Shown: positions 10,176 through 23,744 of the stretch, in pieces
Position numbering within the stretch: the first letter of the stretch is position 1
How the letters are laid out: each line of letters opens with the position of its first letter
DNA from: Fistulifera solaris
Taxonomy: Eukaryota
Direction of reading: 5' to 3'
Length of the DNA: 64,000 nucleotides
Assembly (NCBI GenBank): GCA_030295235.1
Contig: AP026126.1
Span: 496,001-560,000 of the forward strand
The notes under the pieces: model-generated
Seen by the model: the letters and a program-made list of their open reading frames with translations, nothing else
What the model was told of the DNA's origin: nothing
Database searches by the model: none
Position numbers and translations under genes: made by a program

Positions 10176-10487
10176 ATGGAACAGCAACAAGAAATGTCTC
10201 AATTCATCCAAAGACTTGTAAATCACCTCGCGAATGAAGTACTCATCAAAGGACTAGCGAATTCGAAAACATTTCAGCGTTTCGCGGTGCGAACCGACAG
10301 TGCTCTGAAAGACCTTCATAAGGACGGAGCGCAGAAATTTGATACTGTGATTCGTACGGTTGTTACTGAGGCGACAAAGCCTACCACTGTCACCTCGTCA
10401 GGTCCGCCGCAACCGCCGCTGCGAGGGTTTCCTGGATTTGTTTCTGCGTTTTTCAAAGAATTAAGACGAGATTTGGGAATGAAATAA
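10176..10487 (+). CDS. Small conserved protein (LAN(E)VLIKGLANSKTFQRFAVRT family)
   Basis: Motif resembles a small uncharacterised plant/algal protein family (..NE.IV.GLANS..FQRFAVRT); in-frame ATGs at 10176 and 10194. Confidence 0.7.
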   Translation: MEQQQEMSQFIQRLVNHLANEVLIKGLANSKTFQRFAVRTDSALKDLHKDGAQKFDTVIRTVVTEATKPTTVTSSGPPQPPLRGFPGFVSAFFKELRRDLGMK

Positions 10488-10689
10488 TCGAGGGAATTGT
10501 GTCGCTGTTGGACGACCGATCAATTGAGTCTAGATTTGCGGCAACAAAACCATGGCTTTGCGTATCGTCAATTCGTAAAACTTTTAGGAGCCATCCTTTT
10601 ACTATAATGTTTCATGCCACAATTCACGATGAATTATCATTTCCTAATTGCTAGATCTATGTCGTTGAAATACTTACGTCGTTATTATG

Positions 10690-13600
10690 TTACCGCGGGT
10701 ACCATCTCCCCTCACTTAGTCTCGCCACCGATTTTAACAGCCTGCGTAGTATAGCAACATCGCAATCAGATACATCATCAAACTTTTCCAAGATTTGATC
10801 CGTCGATGGGTTCCGTTGACGAACGAAATTCTTTATCCTGAGCAATAGATCAGCATATTTCTCCGTGTGTTCTGGATCCAGGCTCGGTCCAGCGGTTTCA
10901 ACGGCCTCTTTCTTTTGACGGATAGATGCAAGGACGTCGCGGGACGAAGAGTTAGGCCCTATACCTCTTCCCATCTCACCTAATGCTGGTCTCTTTGATC
11001 CGCCGAATCGCATAGGTGCGGTTTCATCTGTTCCTGTCCACGTCGGAGTAAATGGATCGTGATTACCAAGACTCTTCTCCAACGCTCGCACTGCCTCCTT
11101 CGCAACCCGCTTTGCGTGATCTTCCATCTCTCTTACAGTCACTGACTTGCGCGACGGATCGCCCTCTAGATAGTGATGATCAAAGACTCCTGCTAACCCT
11201 TTCGACTTCATCACTTTTCTCAGCGTTTCTTCGTTATCCGCATTAGCTGCGGGTCTCGCAGCTGCGTCATGGCGCACATCTTGATCCATATCGACAACCC
11301 CAACGCCTTTCGTAACCTTTCCCGTATCGGTTATTCCGACACCCCCGCTGCGTACGCTGGACGAATCAGCTGACAAAGAAAACAGATCATGAATTTCCCG
11401 CTGCGAGAAAAGACGTCTTTGTTTGGGGTCCTGTAGAATCTTATTCGATAAGGCCGTTTTAAAAATCTGGCGCTGGTAAATCTTTTCTTCAATGGTTCCG
11501 GCGCAAATAAGGCGATAAATCGTAACTTCTTTCTCCTGCCCAAATCGCCAAGCTCGTTCTCGAGCTACTCGTCACGATGTAAATGTTGTGAGAGATGGAA
11601 TCCGTATGCTTCGAGCACAATGCCTTTCGAGATTCCTTACCTTGAGCGTCTGTAGACGGGTTAAAGTCTTTGTTTGAAAGTGAAAGAAATGGATTAACGA
11701 AGGCTCGTGACTAGGCGCAGAAGAACACAACAAATGGCTCACCTGGGTCGTATAAGATTATTCTGTTTGCACCTGTGAGGTTGAGTCCGACTCCGCCTGT
11801 TCTAGTCGTGCAAAGAAGCGCAAAGTATGATTCGTCTGAATTAAATTCGTCGACGAGGCGTTGACGAGCTCCTACGTTGGTGTTCCCGTCAAGTCGGCCG
11901 AATTTCCATCCTTTTAGCAGCATAAAACGCTGAATTATGTCAAGCATCATCTTCCACTGACAGAAGATGAGCACGCGATGGCCCTGTTTGTTCCACAGAG
12001 GTAGGATTTTGGACAGTACCTCCAGTTTGCCAGATCTTTCCATTAGCGTTTCTTCGTCTTTCACGTCTTCAAAATCTGTCAAGGCATCTTCGCTGTCACT
12101 TTCGCGCCCCGGCTTGTTTGAATTTCCATTGTTCAAAAAAAGCTTGAAAAGACGACTCGTCGGGATCGCAAACCAGATCCGGATGATTGCAAATTTTTCT
12201 CAACATTGTGATGGCGGCTAGTAAACGGTTCGAACGCCCTCGTAAAAGGCCAGTGACATTATCAGATCGGATATAAGCTTCATACATATCTCTCTGACGT
12301 TGAGTTATACGACAAAATAGCACATGTTCCGTTTTGCTAGGCATTCTGCTAACCTCTTTGACTTCCTTTTTTTGACGTCTGAGAAGGTACGGATTGATAA
12401 GATCGCGAAGAGTCAGAGCGCAGCGATAGGCGAGCTGTACCTGCATAGGCGATGCATTCGAGTAACCACCTCGCTTTATAGGATCGCCGAACTCAGTTTC
12501 AAAAGCGGGCAGCGTTCCTAGTCGACCGGGATACACAAAATCAAAAAGAGACCACAACTCTCTGAGGTCGTTTTGAATGGGAGTTCCGCTCATGGCAAGA
12601 CGGTGGGGAGTACGAATCTTCTTGCAAGCCAAAGTAATCTCCGCATCAGGATTACGGATCTTTTGTGCCTCATCAAGAACGACATAACTCCAATTATGAT
12701 TTGCATAAATATCAGCATTTCTGCGGACGTTTTCATATGTGGTGACAACGGCGTACCCCGTACCACAGAAACAATGGGGTTCCATATTCTCGCGGTCCTC
12801 GGCGTCGATCGCTTCGTTAACACGGTCTACTCTGACTCTCTTAAGCCACTGATCCATTTTTCGCAGAAATGCTGAGGACATGGTCCGGGACTCCCCGTCC
12901 AATTCTCCTGAACTATGAATCACTATTCGTCGAATTCCCGGTGCCCACGTTGATAGCTCATTCAACCAGTGCTGAAGCATGGTCGCCGGCGCCACGACCA
13001 AAATTGATCGCAATTTCCGAGAAGCAGCCATCACCCCCAGAAAGGAGCTCACCTGCACTGTCTTTCCCTTTACATTAAATAAACGAAAGTTAGCTCGAAC
13101 TTCCTCTACATAAATCATTGAGCAGGCCACAATGACGCTTACCAATCCCATTTCATCGCCAATGATGCCACCAACTTGCTGTTGATGCAGTTCCCACATC
13201 CACTCCAGACTTTCGCGTTGGTAACCGAATAACCGGTTATTGATCCATGCTGGAATATAAAGCCCGCCCTGGAGCTTTCGCTCACCGGGCTGAGTGTCCA
13301 AGATGTCACGCTCTTTCATCTCCTTCATAATCGTCAAACCAGATTCAATCCAGTCGTCAACACGATCTGTGTAGCAATCTTCTTCATAATCATCTATACT
13401 TCGTGCGGAAATATGGGCAACTACAGTCACTCTTGGTCGTTTTCGAGAAAGTTTTGTAGTCTGTGGCCGTTTTGGCTGGGAATCGGTACCGGGGGTTGAT
13501 GTCGTGATGATCGCCGTACACGTTGACAACTATCCATGTGACGGGCGAGCTGTGTATCTCTGTCATCACCTTCAACAAGCAACAACTCTTGTGAACAAAC

Positions 13601-14399
13601 AGGGCACTTCAATGATTGGGTTTCTGAAACGACATTCGCATCTAAAGGAGTAGCGACGCCATCTGCGCCACTTTTCTGCTTCTTCGCTCGGTTCTCTTGC
13701 ATGTCGAACTCGGCTTCATCTGAAGATACGTCTTCATCGTAATATTCTGGTTCCGGTAGCAATTTTGGCTCACCTAAACGCTCTCTCCTTCTTTTTTTGG
13801 CGCTGTTCGCGAAGTCGACGTAATTCTTGCTTGTCTTTCACAGTGTCCTCGACTTCTTCATCGACTTGAGCAGATTGTTGTTCTTTCCTCTTCATCAGGG
13901 GAACACGCCGTCGATGTTTAGCAGCGACATCCACTCCTCCCGAGCTTCCTAGTTGTTGACGTTGCGGAAACGCGGAAGCAACACCTTCATGTTCCATTTG
14001 TGAATACCATTCAGACCTTTTCCTTTCCCATTCCACTTCATCACGCCGAACAGGCACATCAGTCACCCGGTCTGAAAGCAGCGCTAGTATCATTTGCTCC
14101 TGTAAATAAAATAATTCATTTCCCTCTTCTTTCTTTTGCTGCTTCCTTACATTGGATAGCACTCTGTACAATACTTCTATCGGAGGGTTGGAAGGTGCCA
14201 GACTGTTCAGACTCGGAAATCCTTTAGGAGAACTGTCGTCACTCAACGAAACCAGAGATGGAACCAATGCATGCGCAGCTTCTCGCAGAACCATGTCCTC
14301 ATAAACGTCCTGGTCCTGTAGCGTCGCAGCGACAGAAGCTAGAACATTCGCTTCGTCGTTCGAGTTGAACGCATGCCCTCCGGCACCGCCATTTGACAT
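10690..14399 (-). CDS. ERCC6: Cockayne syndrome B / Rad26 SNF2-family ATPase; introns 11565-11640, 11668-11742, 13068-13142; several frameshifts
   Basis: LFGYQ..[115 protein letters not shown]. Confidence 0.93.
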
Positions 14400-14987
14400 G
14401 TTCGATAGTTGGTAAAAATACCACTATATTTTCAGCAGGTGGTCTCCAACTTTCGCTTTAGCAGTTACGACGTAAGACTGTATTCGTTTATTCATGTTGG
14501 CGTATCGCCATATTGTTGGGTTTGCTTGTTCCATTTTGATCATCAAAATCAGCCCGCGTACCTGGTACAAGTACTACGTATACTTGTCGTCATTCGTTGT
14601 TTTGGTACCGGTACGATAGAGTGTTGCACTGATCAGTCACGAGTCGTGTGTCGCGAACAAGTTATTGGTCAAGTTCGTTCCTTCATCAGCGTCTTTTATG
14701 GTCGTCCTTTGCATGACATGAAAAAATTCATCTTTGCCTGTTTCTTAGGTACTCTCACTAACGGAATAATCGGGAGCCGACAATGCTTGGTCGACCACCT
14801 AAGAAAACGAGACCAAATTCATGTGTTCTAATATGAGCTTTCGATTTGGGATAGTTCAGCCTAACTGGAAGTAACAAAACACTTGCTATTGCCGGTCATC
14901 TCAATAGTAAATTACAAATGACAAATTGGTCGGCCTCGATTTTTTGCATCGATAAATTGTTCCCGCTGATGAAGCTCGGAGTTTTGT

Positions 14988-15044
14988 ACTATAGTAAAAA
15001 GTGTAGGCGACCTTTTTTCATGATTGGAATTTCAGTCATGAGTC
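14988..15044 (+). repeat. Copy of ~55-bp promoter-proximal hairpin element
   Basis: ACTATAG-TAAAAAGTGTAGGCGACC-TTTTTT-CATGATTG-GAATTT-CAGTCATG-AGTC. Confidence 0.85.
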
Positions 15045-15183
15045 GTTTGTCGCTTCATTTTCACATTATTTCAAGCAAAAGTACTGGTAATGTTGTCATT
15101 TTGAAGGGAGTACCTGGTAGTCTGCTATTATTTTGATTTGAAAAAAAGATAATTCTAATCTGGATATCGCTCAAATTTTCGCA

Positions 15184-16167
15184 ATGAGCAAACCGTCAGA
15201 AGAAGGAGGAGCCCCATCGTACGAGACGACCGAGAATAAAGAGACTCCGTCCGGAAGTCCGGGAGGATCGACCAATGAACTAAATTTTTCCGCGGCAAAC
15301 AACAATGATTTACTTCCCGCTACTTTGTTTAGGATGACGAAAGGATTGCCACGAAGAGAGCTGAATTTGATGGTCGTAGAAGCAACTGAATGCGAAGAGC
15401 TGCTACAGAGCGACATTGCGCTTCTAGAGAAAGCCTTAGAATCTGGCGAAACAGACGAGGCAACTGATGAGCTTCTTCAGAACGTTTTGACACCTCTTGA
15501 TACATACTGGACAGCTTCTTCTCTTCTGGGGCGACTACGAGATGACTGGACACTCCCGAGTATACTTGTGGCAATGGAAGCGAATGAGAGCAATGAAAAT
15601 CTCAACATTTTAGAAAGTCAACTACGCTCCCCATCTTCGGATCCGGGCGCCCAAATTTTAATCGAAACTTTGGCAAATCCGATTTTTACCAAAGAACAAC
15701 CAAATACGACGACACTTCTGGGGTTGTGGAAGAAGATCTACAATCACAAAGCCGCATTTGTTTTCAAAAAGCCCGTTCGACCGGAAGAGGCCCCTGGATA
15801 CATTGAGCGAATTGTCTTCCCAATGGACCTTTCGATGATACGAAAACTTATCGTCGCGCGCACTATCAAATCCTATTCGGACCTTCATCAATATATAGGT
15901 CTCATTTCGCACAATTGCGTGAAATTCAATGGGAGAGAATCGGAATACGGACGTGTTGCTAGAGAGTTCGAAGCAGCAGCGGATGAGTTGATTCGCCAAG
16001 CAGTGGAAAATCATGGCATAGAAAAAAGCACAACAGAACCTACCGTTACGAATACAGACATAACCGCTGATGCGGATCCTACACAACGAGTCCCTAACCC
16101 ACCCGCTTCTGCCACTACCCAACCGAGCAAATATGAAGCTCCAACGATAGAAATGACTGCCAGCTAA
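15184..16167 (+). CDS. Bromodomain-containing protein
   Basis: AFVFKKPVRPEEAPGYIERIVFPMDLSMI..LISHNCVKFN: ZA loop and conserved Asn. Confidence 0.9.
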   Translation: MSKPSEEGGAPSYETTENKETPSGSPGGSTNELNFSAANNNDLLPATLFRMTKGLPRRELNLMVVEATECEELLQSDIALLEKALESGETDEATDELLQNVLTPLDTYWTASSLLGRLRDDWTLPSILVAMEANESNENLNILESQLRSPSSDPGAQILIETLANPIFTKEQPNTTTLLGLWKKIYNHKAAFVFKKPVRPEEAPGYIERIVFPMDLSMIRKLIVARTIKSYSDLHQYIGLISHNCVKFNGRESEYGRVAREFEAAADELIRQAVENHGIEKSTTEPTVTNTDITADADPTQRVPNPPASATTQPSKYEAPTIEMTAS

Positions 16168-16245
16168 ACAACTTAAAAATCACGGAGGTTGCATATCTAA
16201 ATGTAAAGCTTAATTGGCAACGCCTCGCTATCTTTTTGTTCGAAT

Positions 16246-19200
16246 CTAAGGATCCTCCATGTTTGTCGACGAGGAATCCGATTGATTTCTTTGGCTTAAA
16301 CGCTCTTGTTGGTCACGCAAATAAACTGCTTCACGATGGGCTTCTTCCAAAGAATGCTGTTGCTGGGCTTGAATCGATGCTGCAAAGCGTTGTCGAAGTC
16401 TCTCATCGTTGCTTAAAGTCACTTGCAAGCGATGTAAAGTACCCGCTGCACTTTGCTGAAGAACCTGGTCACTTTTGTAATTACTCAAACACCATTCGAG
16501 CATCTGATAACAATTTGGCGTCCACAGAAGAGCACCGTGGTAGTTCTGTGAGAGCGAAATATTATGAAGAACGAGGCACGCTCGATTGAGAATCGCCTCA
16601 CTTGAACAAAAATTCTTCATGGCCGCCACAACCAAACCGACAACGCGGCCGACGACGGCGTCTAACATCTCCTTCTCAGAAACATCCCCGCTCGCTTCTT
16701 CTTGATCAGCGCTTCGAACTGAAGGTATGACCAAATTGATCAAGGCAAATAGAGCACGAAACTGACCGTTGTTCAAAAACAAAATCATGAGATTCCATAT
16801 TATTAAAAATAAGATGCATTGAGACAGTGACAAATTCCTACCTGCACTTCAGCATCGTAAGGGTGTATCATCATTGCATTCGCTGTAGCCTGGATGCCTC
16901 CCAATTTCACCAGCATCTGCTTCTGAGCCGGGGCTAAAGCGATGTTTACTAGGGACCAGCAACTCATGGCCTGTAGCACACCGTCGTACTCAAAGCGTTT
17001 AATCGAATCCAGCATAACAGCAATGCCGCTCTTACCGCCCTGGTCCGTTGGTGTTCTTGAATCAAATATGCTTGACGCATTCACCATCGACGAGTGAAAG
17101 AGCATGCCCTCTCGTCCGCCTAGAGGACGAGCAAGCAGAACGATCGCATGGAATGCCGCCGTATGCAAAGGAGCGCTATCAGGGAAACGTACCATGGCGC
17201 GAAGAACGTTGTTTGTTAAGCCGGCTCTCTGCGCTGCTGATCTCTGATGCTCATTTTCCATAATCGGAGGAAGGACCTTTAGACACATGGTTTGGATTCC
17301 TTCAATGTCAGAAAATGCAGTCATCCAATTTACGATCGAGTAGAGCGCACATGACCACGGAAGATTGACATTTCCTGGGTCACCGGTCGCGGTCGGCCCC
17401 AAAAGGCGTTCAGTAATCATGGAATATCCATACTTCGGCTTCTTGGATTTTGACTCTTTAGATGCCATCGGGCGTTTTTTAGACAACTCCGTTCCTTTGG
17501 AGGCAACTGGAAGTGTTGATCCCTCCCGGACTTCTGTCATTTTCTTCGCCTGAACGCTGTCTTTTGGTATCAGTTCCTTCTTTATTTTACGGGCTTTCGA
17601 CAAGAACTCTCTGAGCCCTTTATCATCTCTTACTGTACCACTTTTGGAATTCGCCGACGTGAAAGAATCAATAGGGGGCGTCCTACCGTTGGCAGTATCT
17701 TCTTTAATTCTCTGCAAATACCTCATGCACTTGATAAACGACGTGTACATGAGTCTGAACTTTCCGAAAGTCCGCTTGAGCTCCACAGTGACATCTATCG
17801 GAAATGAATCTGTCGATTCATATCCGCTGTCGTCAAAGTCCTCTTGCACCTGTGCCTTGAAAGGTTCAAGAAGACAAAGAACTCGCCAAAGCTCTGGCTG
17901 GCGAGTGAAGGAAGTCAGCCAATCTTTTGATAGAGGGGCAATGAGAACATCCAATATCTCGGGAGGCTCGAGAAATGTCAAAACGTGAACCATTAAATCG
18001 CACCCTAGGGACATGATTCCTGTTTTCTTTCCATCCTGTAAGCTAAGAGCGAGTGATACAGTCTTCTCTTTCAAAGCGCTCTTCTTTGAAGCTGTGGAGG
18101 AATGCTGACTCTGCATAAGGGGCCACTTCATCGTCGATAATCCGCTTTGATCATGGACTTGGTTTCTCGCTTTCTTTAGATGTCCATCATCTTGGTCATC
18201 AGATGACCCGTCACCGTTCGACGAAGAGGTGATCGAAGGCGAGTCGGATGGCGATGAAGAACTTTGGCGAAACCCATTTGAGCAGCTCTCACCAGCCGAA
18301 CTAAAATCAGCAATGTCCGACGATACGGAAAAGATGACTCTTGCTTCTGCCTCAGCATCGGGCGCTTGGGATCTCCAGAAACCGTTTTCTGACTCTTTGC
18401 ATATCTCTGAGCTAGGTGCGACTCTGAAGAAGAAACGGAAGGCGATGAAGACGACTCCGGTTGTATACGATCATTGGATGAAGCCGACCCGGCATACCCG
18501 CCCTCAGTACCACTGCCCGACGATCCACCAGCGTCATCATTACTATCCCCATCCTCCTTTTCAGCGTCTTTCTCTGCTCGTTCTTGAATATAGCGAAAAG
18601 TACGTTTCCTCGATGTAATAGTGTCCTTGAGTTCAGCCTGGGATGAAGGTCGCTTTGTACTTTGCTTTGCTTTACGATGATGTGTATTGCGGACTGCAGA
18701 ACCGGTCGCCCACTGATTTAAAGTTCTTTTGATTGTATGATAGCCGGGCTCGTGGTGAGGCTGTACAAGTTTTGTGCGACCATCAGAATCTCCTCCGCTT
18801 CCGGAAGACTCCGAATAGGGTGGTGGTAGATGAGCTACAACAGATGAGTGTTCCGTCGAGCTCTTTGTTGAAACTCTATCGTCTCTCAGAGCAGGAAGGC
18901 CGATCACGTCTGACGATTCACCACTCGGTTTATTTTGGCGGCTAAAATGGTGATGATTATGCGTAGTAGTAGTCAAACACTCGTGCATGCCTCCCCGTGA
19001 CTGATTCTCTCGAACATCATCACTCGAAGATGAATTGTTGTGTGATGAATTCGATGCACCCGCCCATTGCCTTGTGCTCTGTTTCTTTACATCGTCGCTA
19101 GATGATGTTGTGTTGGCGGAAGTAATGACTGCAGGGTCGCCATCTTTAATGCTTCCACCGGATGATGAATCGCCCCCTTCTTCGAAGCTACTCACACCAT

Positions 19201-19402
19201 CAGCTGCCGATCGTTTTGTACAGGAAAACAATGAATCGCCGCCGTTGAAAATATCCAATAGCCTCTCTTGTGAATCATATTTCTTATCATTTGTATCCGT
19301 GGATTCCGTACCGCCCAGCTGCTCGTCTCGAGCAGTTCTATTAATACGTTTCCGTGTCTCGTCCATCTCTGGAAATCCACCTACTTGGACTGCTTTGTTC
19401 AT
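16246..19402 (-). CDS. Large protein with disordered Ser-rich N-terminus, F-box-like motif and ARM-like C-terminal repeats; intron 16762-16841; frameshift near 18330
   Basis: MSLGCDLMVHVLTFLEPPEIL (F-box-like); VLQAMSCWSLVNIA, EVQ|FRALFALINL, LNRACLVLHNIS (ARM-like). Confidence 0.7.
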
Positions 19403-20210
19403 AGGGAAGTAGAGAATACCCGTTTATTGGTTGTGTGTTTTGTTTCAAAAAACTGCCTTTGGATGAGTTACTTTTATTTATGAGTGAATGGAGTAAACGC
19501 TACACATCAAGGATCATGCGATCAAACCATCTGGCAACCTGATGGCTCGAAGAAATGGCAATCACAGTGTCGAAAGACACGAATTTGCGGGCCATCGGGA
19601 AGGCGGCTGTTTGCCATCTGTTTTCTCCGGTCCCATTCATCTACTTTTGGAATCATACAAAGTAAAGACAAATCTGAGTCTATAGTGGAAATTTCGTACT
19701 TCGCCGCACTGGTAATAAAACTGGAAGAGTTTTTCGCTTTGTTTGATGTATGTTGTACGGCGTACGTCAGTATACGACGGCAAGTGAAGTTCACCTCGGC
19801 GAATGTGCATCTGTCGGACAGCTGGTGTTCTTCAGTTGTCCGTCTTTCTATCTACTACGAGAAAAAGGAGTCCCGCCAAAATGTTTCTGACCGTGACTGA
19901 AACATAGTATTGAAGTAAATAAAGCCTCATCTTCATTCCCGAATCCAATGATTTTCTTTAACACACTTTTAGAAAGCTAGGGAGATTCATTAGCGAAGAC
20001 GACTCTATTTCACATGCCTGTACAAATATTTGACAAACGCATCCGCTGTATTTCGTCTGATATGTCTTCAATCAAAATAACTAATCGATGGTATCATCAA
20101 ATATCACCAAGCTGCAACAGATAAAACATCAACTTAATCAAAAGTGAGTTATCCATCGAAGTCTATTTTGTTTTAGGTTTGGTACGTTGAGATACTTGCT
20201 TTGGTATCAT

Positions 20211-21349
20211 TCATTTGAATCGCTTGCCACGCGTGGCTCGCCCCGAATCAACGCATTGCTGTAACTGCTCTGTGATATCGTCCTTTAATGCATGTAATCC
20301 CGAGTCGACGCGTTTATCAAGATTCTTGAAGAGTGGATCGCAGCTCGTAATCTCTTCTCCGGTATGGGTTGTGCGACGGTATAAATAAACCGTGTGTCCT
20401 TCCTTCGAACCGTGCATCGACGTAGGTGCTTGAGCTATTAAGACTACATCGAATTCGTACGAATCAATAATATCCTTTGGACCATGGTAACAAATCAAGT
20501 ATGGGGAATCACTGCTGTTCCACATTGCAGCAAGGTGTATCCACAGCGAAGGTGGAAAGCTTACGAAAGAGTAGAATTTGTCAGTCAATGCAAAACGACA
20601 ATTGTTGCACATCACGGTTTCCCTTACCCAATACTAAACATGTACACGTGCGTGAACGGATTAAATGAGTTAGCTGAGCGGATATCTCCGCACTCGAAGA
20701 CACACCGATGAAGAATAATCTCGTCATCGTACGCTTCATCGATATCTTTTTCTTCCTTTACAGCAGCATCGAGGACACCTTTCAAACAGGTCATGCCGAG
20801 AATCCATCGTGCTTGTTCGATCTCGATCCCATAGCTCAGCTTCACTCCAGGATCCTGACAGACATGCAAATTCGGTTTGCCGATTCCGCTACCAACGTCA
20901 ATGAATTTGCTGTTACTGTTGAAATTCATGTGCTGTTTCATCAAATTTACGACCTTCTGCATCGATGACATGGTCAGCTCTCCGTAGATCGGTCCATGGG
21001 ATCCATTACCTCCAATTGAACCCGTCAGCTTTCGAATGATACCGTAGACTTTGCGAACGTTTGGCTGGATGTTGATTTCGTCGACAAGACGGCCAAAGAT
21101 CAGCTTTTTCTTTGCTTTCGGTTCACTTCGTTTCGGGGTAGCACGAGATCTACTTAAGAATGAACCCTCCGTGTCCGCAAATAGGTTTCGGTTTACAGTA
21201 CAAATCACGCTTTCACTGATATCACTAGCAGCGAGAGAAGGGGTGGGAGTAACGACATGTTTTAGCTCTTGGTCGCCGACACTTTCGCCCTTGATCTTGC
21301 GTCGCTTTAGCGGCGTCTCGTCGTTTCCAATGGTCACACCTGTCTTCAT
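20211..21349 (-). CDS. DOT1: DOT1-family histone H3K79 methyltransferase; intron 20560-20627
   Basis: GPIYGELT, FIDVGSGIGKP, SYGIEIE, GDI..FTHVYMF; the GT-AG intron joins SIG|FPP in frame. Confidence 0.82.
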
Positions 21350-21880
21350 TCTTTTAGTCTGATTTCGTTGCTATGATTGTCAGAGCAAATGGAGATTTAC
21401 TCTTTTTTTGAAACACGATGACTTACGAGGGTTGCGGCTTTGGTGGCAATAAACGAAGGAAAAAAAGCGATGCAACTCAAGAAGCGCGGCTGGCGATTAT
21501 GAATAAATCGAATCCAACTGAAATTACTATGTTTCATACATAGATAAAAAAGTACAATACTTACCGTTGCCAAAGATACATACATGTTTTAAGCCGATAA
21601 TAGTAGTAATGATATGTACACTTTTTACCGACCTTACCACCTTACCATTCATTTGTCCTTCGTGATGAGTGATAATGATGATTTTTCGTGGATTATGATA
21701 CATGAGCACTTAAGACTTATTAATAATTAACAATAATGAATGAAATTGCATATGAAACTGAAAAAGAATGCTGATTTTAGCTTTCAATGGCGGGTCCAAT
21801 ATCACTGCTTTATCTTTTCAAAGGTTTACGCCGTTATCATCATATATTTTTCACATCAAGCCCCATCTCTCTTCGCTTTG

Positions 21881-22791
21881 TTACCTCTCCCACCATCTGA
21901 TCAAGAAAGACGCCTCGTGTTCTTTGTCCCACACGGCCGTTCTTTTCAGTATCACACAAAATCCTTCATTTTCAACATCTACGCCTTGTTTAATCGCTTC
22001 TTTTGCCTCCTCTGTCAGAAAAGACCGCCATTTTGCTTCACCTACTGGGAATGCTAGACAGGAGAATAGCGTCTCATTCTGATCAGGTGCTCGTCCATCA
22101 GGGAATAGGACAGGAATTACGATAAGGTCACTCAACGTCAAAGATTTTTCAAGGCGTGTCGCCTCTTGAATTACTTGCTCAATTATTGATCGACCTCCAG
22201 CAGCAATGACAATTCGCTTTTCAATACCACGCCCCCTTCGAAAGTCCGAAAGCGAGGCAGTAAATATTTGACCATCGTTGACATCCACATCACCCAAAAT
22301 GGCTTTTGATCCTCGGACCATGAGTTTGGCCAATTCGGCACCCCTCGAGGCGCGCTTCAAGCGCGATTCTTGGGCATCCAGATCGCGTTTGAACAAAAAG
22401 ACCAAGACAGCAATACCAAGTGCATCTACGACAACATTGATAGAGCTCTCTTGTAAAAGCTCGGGATTAATACCGGAAAGAGCGGCGGCGACACGTGCCG
22501 CCGATACCACGAGACTAGCAGCAGCACCTCCGGCCAATGTTAAATAGAGCAAGAAACGAACTTTTCTGAAAGGCGATTCCGCTTCTTCTCTCATCCTTAC
22601 CTCTCTAGTAAAGTCATTATTGTTGTTCCCTTCTCGTTCTGAGTACAAAAGAATTTTGTTTCATGCCAAAATGCACGTTGCCGAGCAGTCACGTCTTTAG
22701 TGGAGAGATTGGGCAAAAAACTTACGACAGAGGGCAGCGTCAAGAAGAAAAGGAACAGCGAAAAAACTCTTCGCAAGATATGATTGGCCAT
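21881..22791 (-). CDS. LPA1-like (DUF3493) plastid protein with bipartite presequence; frameshifts near 22650 and near the 3' end
   Basis: MANHILRRVFSLFLFFLTLPSVVS-FLP presequence; RMREEAESPFRKVRFLLY motif; RIVIAAG, LIVIPV, GFCVILK. Confidence 0.78.
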
Positions 22792-23744
22792 AGTCTGCTA
22801 TCGCTTATTCCAGCAACCAGCTGTTTTTCGGTTCAAGGAATGTTTTTGTAAGGAAAAGACACTTTTGGTTAACCTTTTCTCGTGTTTCTAATGCTACGTT
22901 CAGTCTTCAATCTTGTTTCTGACGTCAGTAGATGACGCCATCATCATCCTCTATGGCACTTCAAATCTTTAACCTTTTGCGACTTGCGACGTAACACAGA
23001 CCTTTTGTCGCACGAAGCACAGACGACCGGCTCTCGTATTGCCAACCTCCACCCTCCACCATTCGATCCATTCCATTGTCCATTATTTCTTCCGATGACA
23101 TCAATCAATCTACAATCTACAGCACCGATTAGTGGACGAACTAGTGAGCTATTATTCATATTTCCTGGCTGCCTTTCTATGAGGTAAGCTGCTGTTTCGA
23201 AGTAGACGTTCTTTTGGGTTGTGTCCAATGGTCCTTCCAGGATGACAATATCACCCCCATTTCACGACGGTCTTTTGAGTTGTGCAAGAAGGAAGCTCTT
23301 CGAGAATGTGTGATCGTATCCAAAATGGATGAGAGAATGCATTTCGGGTTTCTTCCTCTTGTAATCAACGTGATATAATCGGGTTTACTGTGTCTGAGAA
23401 ATATTGGCTAAAATGAATGCGTCTAGGAACAATTGTATGGTTGAGCGATTTGTCTGACATATTGCTTTCACATTCATTTAACAGATAACTGAAAGAAGAG
23501 GTAGGTTGACTAGCTTCGGGTTGAAAGCAGCTTGATGTCGAGGACCCATTCCAAGTGAGGATACAAAACAATTTATCTGACACCTCTTATGCTAGGACAC
23601 ACTTTCGCGTGTGTTCGATGATCTATGTTGATTTCTGATGGAAATTGTTATGATAAAATTCGTTTGTGCCGTAGTTGGTGTTTTCCTCACATAACGCCAA
23701 TTCTTTTTCTGTTCAGAGGTGTCTCGAGAAGAAGCAATCCTGAC

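Noticed and set aside
10690..21349. CSB, bromodomain, F-box/ARM and DOT1 genes as a chromatin/repair gene cluster
   Set aside because: Adjacent functionally related genes arise easily in a gene-dense eukaryotic genome; there is no evidence of co-regulation or conserved synteny from this window alone.
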